Assembly (NCBI GenBank): GCA_033551855.1 | Contig: JAWSUI010000004.1 | Coordinates: forward strand, 32,001 to 96,000 | Length of the DNA stretch: 64,000 nt | Direction of reading: 5' to 3' | Source: Deferrisomatales bacterium | GTDB lineage: Bacteria; Desulfobacterota; Deferrisomatia; Deferrisomatales; JACRMM01 | Shown here: positions 56,752 through 64,000 of the stretch, one piece after another | Position numbering within the stretch: position 1 is the first letter of the stretch | How the letters are laid out: each line of letters opens with the position of its first letter | The notes under the pieces: generated by a model | Databases searched by the model: none | What the model was told of the DNA's origin: nothing | The model's input: the letters and a program-made list of their open reading frames with translations, nothing else | Translations under genes and position numbers: made by a program

Positions 56752-57849
56752 GTGAAGGCCCGCCCCTTTCTTCGACTCTTCGTGAGGAATCTCTTCTTGA
56801 CGTCCGATCTTCTCCCCTCCGGGAAGGACCCTGCGCCGGTCACGGTCCCCCGGCTCTGGATGGCTCCGATGGCCGGGGTCACGGATGCGGCCTTCCGCCA
56901 GCGGCTTCGCCGGAACGGCTGCCGGCGGCTGTACACGGAGATGGTGTCGGCTGCGGCGCTCCACCGGGGCAACCGGAGGACTCGAGGGTATCTCCAGGTT
57001 CCGGACGGGGGCGAGGACCTGGGCGTACAACTGTTCGGGGCGGTACCCGAAGAGCTCGCGTCCGCGGCGGAGCTGGCCCAGGAGGCCGGATTCCGTCACG
57101 TGGACCTGAACATGGGGTGCCCGGTGCGCAAGGTGGTCCGAACGGGCGCCGGCGCGGCACTGCTGAACGACCTCGGGCGCGCCGAAGCCTGCCTGAGGGG
57201 CCTTCGCCGGGTCGTCAGGGGGATTCTCTCGGTCAAGATCCGGGCGGGTTGGGACGAAGGGAGCATCAACTTCCTGGAAGTGGGGCGTCTGGCGGAGGCT
57301 AGCGGGGTCGACCTCGTTACCTTTCACCCCCGGACCCGGGCCCAGGGGTATGGGGGGCGGGCCGACTGGGGGATGGTTCGGGCCCTGGCCGCGGACCTGT
57401 CGGTGCCGGTGGTGGGAAACGGGGACGTCACCTCTGCACGAGAGGCCGCCGCCCGGCTTTTCGAGAGCGGCTGCCAGGGCGTCATGGTGGGCCGCGCTGC
57501 CCAGGGGGCTCCCTGGCTATTCCGGCAGGGGGAGCGGCTCGCGGGAGGGCTGGAGCCCGGCCCAGCCCCGGAGCCGTGGGAGATCGGCCGGGACCTCTGC
57601 ATGCAGCTGGAGGACCAGGTGCGCTGGAAGGGTACCGCCGTGGCAACCTTCGAGATGAGGAAGTTTGCCGCGTGGGGCGCCCGGGGCCTGCCAGGGGCTG
57701 CAGAGTTTCGCCGCCGCCTGCAGACGGCGGCGGACGTGGAGGCGTTGCGGCGGGAAGTCGAGGGGTATTTCGGAACGGCGGGGGGGAGTCCCGGGGGAGC
57801 CGCCCGGGGGAGGGCTGAAGGTCGTGTCGGACTTGCCGGGATCCCCTGA
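56752..57849 (+). CDS. dusB: tRNA-dihydrouridine synthase (start uncertain)
   Basis: APMAGVTD, QLFG, DLNMGCP, GAALL, VKIR.GW, H.RT, GNGDV, MVGR. Confidence 0.9.
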   Translation: MKARPFLRLFVRNLFLTSDLLPSGKDPAPVTVPRLWMAPMAGVTDAAFRQRLRRNGCRRLYTEMVSAAALHRGNRRTRGYLQVPDGGEDLGVQLFGAVPEELASAAELAQEAGFRHVDLNMGCPVRKVVRTGAGAALLNDLGRAEACLRGLRRVVRGILSVKIRAGWDEGSINFLEVGRLAEASGVDLVTFHPRTRAQGYGGRADWGMVRALAADLSVPVVGNGDVTSAREAAARLFESGCQGVMVGRAAQGAPWLFRQGERLAGGLEPGPAPEPWEIGRDLCMQLEDQVRWKGTAVATFEMRKFAAWGARGLPGAAEFRRRLQTAADVEALRREVEGYFGTAGGSPGGAARGRAEGRVGLAGIP

Positions 57850-58465
57850 GCCCATCGCGGTGGTGAGCGCAAGCCCGTGCCTCCGGCTCCGGGTGCGGGA
57901 GGCCCTGGAGCCCCTCGGGCTCCAGGTGGAGCCCGCTTCGGACGCCGCAGAGTTCGCCAGGCACCGGCGCCAGCGCCCCTTTCTCCTGTGCTTCGTCGAT
58001 GCCCGGGGGGCCCACGGGGCGGAGGAGTCGCGGACGTGCCTCCAGGCCCGCCCAGCGGAGCGCTACGTGCGGATTCTCGGCCCGTGGCAGGGGGCGACGA
58101 CGGATGGGGAAGCGGAAGGGATCGGCGTCCCCTTTGGGTTCCTCCGGGAGCCCTTCGGGGAGGAGGAGGTACGGGCGTGGGCCCGCCGGGCCGCCGCAGA
58201 GGCTCGGCTTCTCCACGGGGACTGCTCCCTCGAGGATCTCCTCTACGGACGCTTCCGGTCGTTCCTGAGCAATCTGGGCACGCAGACCACCAGCCCCATG
58301 CACGCCGTGGTCCTGGAACGGGTGGAGCGCCCTCTCCTGCGGGCGGTGCTGGAATGGGCCGGGGGCAACCAGACCCGTGCTGCCGAGGTGCTGGGCATCC
58401 ACCGGAACACCCTCCGGGCCAAGGTCCGTTCTTTGGGGGTCGAGCCCTCCCGGCACGGCCGCTGA
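57824..58465 (+). CDS. Fis-family HTH protein with degenerate N-terminal receiver-like domain
   Basis: VLERVERPLL..VL...GGNQTRAAEVLGIHRNTLRAK; N-terminal ...GFLREPF.EEEV. Confidence 0.85.
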   Translation: MSDLPGSPEPIAVVSASPCLRLRVREALEPLGLQVEPASDAAEFARHRRQRPFLLCFVDARGAHGAEESRTCLQARPAERYVRILGPWQGATTDGEAEGIGVPFGFLREPFGEEEVRAWARRAAAEARLLHGDCSLEDLLYGRFRSFLSNLGTQTTSPMHAVVLERVERPLLRAVLEWAGGNQTRAAEVLGIHRNTLRAKVRSLGVEPSRHGR

Positions 58466-58497
58466 GCCCCCGCTTCCTTCCGGCTCATCCGGGAAAC

Positions 58498-58578
58498 GGC
58501 GGGGGAGAACACCTACCGTGCAGTCCGGCCTCGTCTGCCGGAGTGGGCGGGCCCACCCGGTCGTTGGCCGGAAGAACC
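58498..58578 (-). repeat. Family B element, partial
   Basis: gggggagaacacctaccgtgcag...gggcccacccggtcg...ccggaagaacc matches the first ~80 bp of B copy 1. Confidence 0.82.
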
Positions 58579-58623
58579 CCTCTTTCCCCCCGGTGCCGAT
58601 CCTTCCGTCCTCTCGCGCCCTTC

Positions 58624-58854
58624 TCAGGCGCCGGAGCCCGGCGGTATCCCGATGTCCCGAATCTCGCGGATCTTCGCCTGGATGCCCCGGATGACCCGCT
58701 CCAGGTGCTCCTGCTCGCGGCGGTCCTCCAGGATCTCCGCCTCCTGCAAGGCCCGCCGCTTCTTCTCCAGCAGGGACTGGAGCTTGAGCAGGGACTTGCG
58801 CAACTCCCGGTTGATCGCGTCCAGCTCTTCTCGAAACGATGCGGGAAGACCCAC
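58624..58854 (-). CDS. Small coiled-coil hypothetical protein
   Basis: GGAGGA RBS; minus-strand TTGTCC-N17-TAGCGT promoter at 58885-58913; heptad pattern. Confidence 0.72.
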   Translation of the reverse strand: MGLPASFREELDAINRELRKSLLKLQSLLEKKRRALQEAEILEDRREQEHLERVIRGIQAKIREIRDIGIPPGSGA

Positions 58855-59010
58855 GGTATCCTCCTCGGAGCACGGTGCCCCCGTACGCTATCACACGCCC
58901 CGGGGCCGGACAACGCTTGCCAACCGCCGTGCCCACGTACTGGATTCCCCGCCCGGCGGTTGCTCAGGGCCGGGGCGCGCGTTAGAGTTTTTTCCCGTTG
59001 GGTGCCGTTC

Positions 59011-59039
59011 TTGACTGCCTCGGGCCGCTGCCCTATAGT
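59011..59039 (+). promoter_or_regulatory. Sigma-70 promoter of ybeY operon
   Basis: TTGACT-N17-TATAGT. Confidence 0.7.
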
Positions 59040-59149
59040 CCGGTGAGCCCCCGGGGAAAGTGCCCACATCGCCAGGGGTTGCCCTCGTCGGGCGGTGGTC
59101 CGGTGTCGAGGGCCTGCGAATCGGTGCCCTGGCGGGGGAGAAGAGGCCC

Positions 59150-59596
59150 ATGGAGATCTGGATCCGCGACGACTGCCCGGAGGCGGGCATCGACGAGGGC
59201 ACCTTGCGGGGGAGGCTGGAGAGGGTCTTGCGTGCCCTGGGGTGTGAAGAGGCCGAGCTTTCGGTCTGGCTGTGTGACGACCCCACGATCCGGGAGCTCC
59301 ATCGGCGGTATCTGGGGGAGGACACCCCGACCAACGTCATCAGTTTCTCGCAGCGGGAGGGGGAGTACGCAGACGTAGACCCGGAGCTCTTGGGCGACGT
59401 CGTGGTGAGCGTGGAAACCGCGCGGCGCGACGCGGAGGAGGGCGGGGGCCGACTGGACGAGGAGGTGACGTACCTGTGCGTACACGGCGTCCTCCACCTG
59501 CTGGGCTACGACCACGAGGGAGACCAGGCCCACCGGGCGCCGGAGATGGAAGCCAGGGAGGCCGAGCTCTTCCGCCTAGCCCTCGATGAAGCCTGA
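59150..59596 (+). CDS. ybeY: rRNA maturation endoribonuclease YbeY
   Basis: PTNVISF, LGDVVVS, HGVLHLLGYDH. Confidence 0.96.
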   Translation: MEIWIRDDCPEAGIDEGTLRGRLERVLRALGCEEAELSVWLCDDPTIRELHRRYLGEDTPTNVISFSQREGEYADVDPELLGDVVVSVETARRDAEEGGGRLDEEVTYLCVHGVLHLLGYDHEGDQAHRAPEMEAREAELFRLALDEA

Positions 59597-60284
59597 GACC
59601 TGGCTCCAGACGCTCAACTGTGCCGTGGAGGGGGTCGTCCACGGGGTGCGTACCCAGCGCCATCTGCGCTGGCAATCCTTGGTCTGCCTGGCCGTTCTCC
59701 TCGTGGCCCCCCGCCTGGGTGTGACCCCCGCCGAGTTCGCGCTCCTCTGCCTGGCGGCGGCCCTCGTGCTCGTGGCGGAGCTGACGAATACGGCTGTGGA
59801 GGCCTCGGTGGATCTCGCCTGCCCGGACGTCAACCCCTTGGCCCGGGCGGCCAAGGATGTGGCAGCCGGGGCGGTCTTGGTGGCCTCCTTCGCAGCGGTG
59901 GCCGTGGGTTGGGTGGTGCTCCTGCCGGCGATGCAAGGGCCCGCCGGAGCGCTCCTTCGAGAGGCGAACGCCCGGAAACCCGTGGTGCTTGCGGCTTCGC
60001 TCCTGGCGGTGCTCGTGGTGGTGATCCTGATCAAGGGTGCCGTGGGGCGCGGGCAGGCCCTTCGAGGGGGGTTCCCCTCCGGACATGCGGCCGTCTCCTT
60101 CGCGGTGGCCGCGCTCCTGACACTCCACACCCAGGACCTGATCGTGGCCGTGCTCACGGCGATTTTGGCCCTCATGGTGAGCCACAGCCGCCTGCTCCAC
60201 CGCATCCACACCCGAGCCGAGGTGGCCGTCGGAGCGGTCCTGGGGACGCTGCTCGGGGCGGCCCTTTTCTGGATTCTTCACTGA
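59586..60284 (+). CDS. Diacylglycerol/undecaprenol kinase fused to PAP2 domain
   Basis: ELTNTAVEASVDL, AKDVAAGAV; GGFPSGHAA, SRL..IH..EV..G. Confidence 0.9.
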   Translation: MKPETWLQTLNCAVEGVVHGVRTQRHLRWQSLVCLAVLLVAPRLGVTPAEFALLCLAAALVLVAELTNTAVEASVDLACPDVNPLARAAKDVAAGAVLVASFAAVAVGWVVLLPAMQGPAGALLREANARKPVVLAASLLAVLVVVILIKGAVGRGQALRGGFPSGHAAVSFAVAALLTLHTQDLIVAVLTAILALMVSHSRLLHRIHTRAEVAVGAVLGTLLGAALFWILH

Positions 60285-60292
60285 GGGAGCAC

Positions 60293-61168
60293 ATGGGCAC
60301 CGACGGTGGAGGCCCGCTGCGGGCACTGTTCCGGGACCTCCTGGGCCGGCGTCCTCGCCCCAAGCGGGACCTCGTCAAGGAGATCGAGGGGCTCATCGAA
60401 GCGGGCAAGGCGGAGGGCCTCTTCAACGCGGACGAGGAGGACATGCTCCTCTCGATCCTGTCCTTCCGAAAGACCTTGGTTCGCGAGGTCGCCGTTCCCC
60501 GCACGGAGATGGTCACCGTGGAGGTGGGGGCAGCCTTGGAGGACCTGGCCCGGACCATGGTCCAGGAGGGGCACTCCAGGGTCCCGATCTACGAAGGGGA
60601 CGTGGACCACGTGGTGGGATTCGTGACGGCTCGGGACGTCCTGCACTTCTGGGGGGCCCCTCCTCCGTACCCGCCCCTGCGCACCCTGCTCCGTCCGGCC
60701 TATTTCGTGCCGGAGACCATGAGCCTCGAGGCCCTCCTGGCCGAGTTTCGCCGCCGCCGGCTCCAACTGGCCATCGCCGTGGACGAGTATGGGGGGGTCT
60801 CTGGTTTGGCTACCCTGGAGGACGTGCTGGAGGAGATCGTCGGGGACATCCAGGACGAGTATGACGAGGAGGACGCGGAGATCCGGGAGGCGTCGGACGG
60901 GCTGCGGGTCGATGCCCGCACCGAGCTGGAGAAGCTGGAGGAGAGGCTTGGGATCGAGCTTGGGAAAGACGTGGACTACGAGACCGTGGGGGGGCTCGTC
61001 TTCCATGCCTTGGGTCGAGTGCCCAAGGCGGGCGAGACCTTCCGCTACGGAGGGCTGGAGGTCGTGGTCCTCGATGCGGACCGGCGGCGGGTCAAGGAGG
61101 TGAAGGTCCGCAGGCTTCCCCAGGAGGAGCCCCGTGGCGATCGGCCAGACACCCCGGTCGGGGACTGA
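60293..61168 (+). CDS. CorC/HlyC family CBS-domain protein
   Basis: VPRT.M, HSRVPIY, FVPE, VDEYGG..GL.TLED..EEIVG.IQDE, ETVGG. Confidence 0.93.
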   Translation: MGTDGGGPLRALFRDLLGRRPRPKRDLVKEIEGLIEAGKAEGLFNADEEDMLLSILSFRKTLVREVAVPRTEMVTVEVGAALEDLARTMVQEGHSRVPIYEGDVDHVVGFVTARDVLHFWGAPPPYPPLRTLLRPAYFVPETMSLEALLAEFRRRRLQLAIAVDEYGGVSGLATLEDVLEEIVGDIQDEYDEEDAEIREASDGLRVDARTELEKLEERLGIELGKDVDYETVGGLVFHALGRVPKAGETFRYGGLEVVVLDADRRRVKEVKVRRLPQEEPRGDRPDTPVGD

Positions 61169-62762
61169 CGCGGTCCCCGGAAACCGGGAGGTGCAGGAAG
61201 CGCGGGGCGGGTGGTTCCGGGACCCGGTCCTTTGGGGGCTCTGCCTCTGGGGGGCCTTCGTGGCGGCCCTGGGGTTTCCTCCCGGCCCGGTCTGGCCCTT
61301 GGCCCTGGTCGCGCCGGCGCCCCTTTGGGCCTCGTCCGTGGGGGGCTCCCCCGGGCGGGCCTTTTCCCGTGGCTGGGCGTACGGGGCAGGCTTCTTCGGC
61401 TGTCTTCTCTGGTGGATCGTCCCGACCGTGGTTCGGTACGGGGGGCTCCCTTGGGCCGCCGGGGGAGCGTGCCTGGTCCTCCTGGCGGGTTACTTGGCGC
61501 TCTATCCCGCCGCCGGCGCCGCCGCGGTGGCCGCGGCCTCCCGGCGGAGTCCCGCCGGCGCCCTGGTACTTGCCCCGTTCCTGTGGGTCGGCCTGGAAGG
61601 GCTGCGAGGATCTCTGCTCACGGGTTTCCCGTGGGGAGACCTGCCCCAGGCGCTATGGCAGCAACCGTGGGCCCTGGCACTGGCCCCCTGGGTCGGGATC
61701 GAGGGCGTGCGGCTCTGGACCGCGACGCTCGCCTCGGCCTCCGCTTGGGGGCTTCTGCGGTGGGGAAACCGGGTCCCGGCCGGTGCCGCCCCCCTGGGGT
61801 TGGCGGTCGGGACGTGCGCCGTTTCGCTCGTGCTCTGGCTCCTCCCGCCGCCGCTCCCGCCGGAGCAGGGGCGTCTGCGGGCCGCCGTCATCCAGGGCAA
61901 CATCGAGCAGGCCCAGAAGTGGGATCCCGCCTTCCGCCAAGCCACCCTCGGGACCTACGCCGAGCTCTCCCGGCTGGCGGCGCGCTCGGAGCCCGACCTG
62001 TATGTGTGGCCGGAGACGGCGGTCCCGTTGTACGCGCAGGATCCCAGCCCGGAGCGGAGCGGGCTTGAGGCGCTGGCTCGGGAGTTGGGCGCCCCCCTGA
62101 TCTTCGGGGCCCCGGCCTATGAGAGGGGGGAGGACCGGGTGGAGTACCGCAACGCGGTCTTCGTCATGGCTCCCTCGGGGCGCCTCCTGGGGCGTTACGA
62201 CAAGGTGCACCTGGTTCCTTTCGGGGAGTACGTGCCCTTCGGGAGGTACCTCCCCTTTCTCGACAAGCTCGTCGCCGGCGCGGGCGACTTCACCTCGGGG
62301 CGGGCGGTGGAGCCCCTTCCCCCGACGGAAGGGCTCCCGACCCTCGGCGCCCTCGTCTGCTTCGAGGTGATCTTTCCCTCCCTGGCGGGGGAGCTCGCGC
62401 GGCGGGGCGCCCAGGTGCTGGTGGTGGTCACCAACGACGGTTGGTTCGGCCGGACGCCCGGTCCCTACCAACACCTGGCCTTTGGGGCGTGGAGGGCCGC
62501 CGAGGCGGGGGTGCCGCTGCTACGGGCGGCCAACACCGGGGTGAGCGCGGTCTTCGACGCCAGGGGGCGGCTGCTGCAGGCCTCGGCCCTCCAGGTGGCC
62601 GATGTCCTCGCGGCGGAAGTTTCCTACGGCGCCCCCCACCGGACCCCCCAGCACCGGATCCGCCCCTTGGTGTGGCCCGGGTGTCTCGTCTTGGCTCTCC
62701 TGGCGCTTTTTGCTATGGTTTGGAGTTTACGCGCCCCGGGGGGGCCGGATCCACATAGGTGA
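61134..62762 (+). CDS. lnt: Apolipoprotein N-acyltransferase (start approximate)
   Basis: TGFPW, QGNI, WPETA, YDKVHLVPFGEY, CFE, TNDGWFG, RAANTGVS. Confidence 0.96.
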   Translation: MAIGQTPRSGTDAVPGNREVQEARGGWFRDPVLWGLCLWGAFVAALGFPPGPVWPLALVAPAPLWASSVGGSPGRAFSRGWAYGAGFFGCLLWWIVPTVVRYGGLPWAAGGACLVLLAGYLALYPAAGAAAVAAASRRSPAGALVLAPFLWVGLEGLRGSLLTGFPWGDLPQALWQQPWALALAPWVGIEGVRLWTATLASASAWGLLRWGNRVPAGAAPLGLAVGTCAVSLVLWLLPPPLPPEQGRLRAAVIQGNIEQAQKWDPAFRQATLGTYAELSRLAARSEPDLYVWPETAVPLYAQDPSPERSGLEALARELGAPLIFGAPAYERGEDRVEYRNAVFVMAPSGRLLGRYDKVHLVPFGEYVPFGRYLPFLDKLVAGAGDFTSGRAVEPLPPTEGLPTLGALVCFEVIFPSLAGELARRGAQVLVVVTNDGWFGRTPGPYQHLAFGAWRAAEAGVPLLRAANTGVSAVFDARGRLLQASALQVADVLAAEVSYGAPHRTPQHRIRPLVWPGCLVLALLALFAMVWSLRAPGGPDPHR

Positions 62763-62769
62763 CGCCGAC

Positions 62770-63868
62770 ATGGACATCCACGACAAGATCGAAGAGCTAC
62801 AGGAGCGCCTCGCAGACTTGTGGAGGCATCTTTGACCTCGGCGCCAAGGAGAAGCGCGCCGAAGAGCTCGATGACCGCATGGCCCAGCCGGGTTTCTGGG
62901 ACGAACCCGAGGCGGCTGCCGCGGTGGGCCGGGAACGCAACCGTGTGCGGGCCGAGGTGGACGACTGGCGGCGGCTGCAGGGGCAGCTGGAGGACTCCGC
63001 GGTAGCCTTGGAGCTCCTCGACGAGGAAGAGGACGCGGCGCTGCGCCGGGAGACCGAACAGCGGCTGGAGGCCGTCGAGGCCGGCGTGCGGGCCGTCGAG
63101 CTGCGGAAGATGCTGTCGGGAACCCACGACGATGGGCCTGCCATCGTGGCAGTCAACGCCGGTGCCGGGGGCACCGAGGCCCAGGACTGGGCAGAGATGC
63201 TCCTGCGGATGTACCTGCGCTGGGCCGAGAGCCGCGGCTACGAGACCGAGGTGGTGGACCTCCTCCCGGGAGACGAGGCCGGGATCAAGAACGCCACCTT
63301 CACCGTGGCCGGGCCGTATGCCTTCGGGTACTTGAAGGCCGAAGAGGGGGTCCACCGCCTGGTCCGGATCAGCCCCTTCGACGCCCAGGCGCGCCGACAC
63401 ACCTCCTTCGCCAGCGTGAGCGTCTACCCCGAGGTGGCGGAGGACGACGAGGTGGAGGTGGACGAAAAGGACCTGAAGGTGGATCTCTACCGGGCGAGCG
63501 GGGCAGGGGGGCAGCACGTGAACCGGACCGAGTCGGCTGTGCGCATCACCCACCTGCCCACCGGGATCGTGGTTGCCTGCCAGAGCGAGCGCAGTCAGCA
63601 CAAGAACCGGGCCAACGCCCTGCGCGTCCTGCGGGCCAAGCTCCTCGACCTGCAGCGTCAGGAGCGCGAGAGGGAGCGGGAGGCCCTGGAGGCCGAGAAG
63701 AAGGACATCTCCTGGGGCAGCCAGATCCGCTCCTACGTGCTCCAGCCCTACCAGAAGATCAAGGACCACCGCACAGACCTGGAAGAGGGGAACGTCCAGC
63801 GGGTTCTCGACGGGGATCTCGATGAGTTCATCGAGGCCTATCTCCTGATGACTGCCGAGGCCCACTGA
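62770..63868 (+). CDS. prfB: Peptide chain release factor 2 with programmed +1 frameshift
   Basis: ATG 62770...GGAGG-CAT-CTT-TGA-C (62830-62836); [22 protein letters not shown]. Confidence 0.97.
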
Positions 63869-64000
63869 CGGAACCTCCCGTCCCTCGGCGGGGAGAGCCG
63901 CGGGCCGGACGTGCCCGGGCTCCCCCTTGCGCCCTCCGGGTCCGGACCCCCCGGCCTCACGCCGCGAGGGCCTGGGTGGGCGCGCGCACCGCCGAAATCC

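Overview
High-GC (roughly 70% by eye) bacterial chromosomal window. Gene content (mglAB, DUF6178, TIGR02266-type PilZ, tRNA-Sec, many two-component proteins) suggests a deltaproteobacterial-type, possibly Deferrisoma-like, organism; this is inference. It is mostly core and housekeeping genes: aat, leuB, yebC-ruvCAB-ispG, glnB, malQ, a Grx-TrxB fusion, an M16 peptidase pair, an SSS transporter, selC, crcB, cinA, mglBA, dusB-fis-like, and ybeY-dgkA-corC-lnt-prfB with the RF2 +1 frameshift. I saw no transposase, phage or CRISPR array. Most notable: (1) a sulfur-relay-like module of an exported rhodanese with a SoxY-like C-terminal CGG arm, two YeeE/YedE proteins, a His-containing lipoprotein and an SLC13 permease; (2) two families of ~200-bp dispersed intergenic elements with terminal inverted repeats, one with compensatory changes between copies; (3) a frameshifted remnant resembling the first gene of an Mks/Wadjet-type condensin operon; (4) a stand-alone IF2 C-terminal protein; (5) a truncated SSS-transporter duplicate with its own promoter; (6) two adjacent receiver domains with Asp-to-Glu at the phosphoacceptor; (7) an abrupt AT-rich patch inside mglB. 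All calls come from motif recognition by eye; no searches were run.
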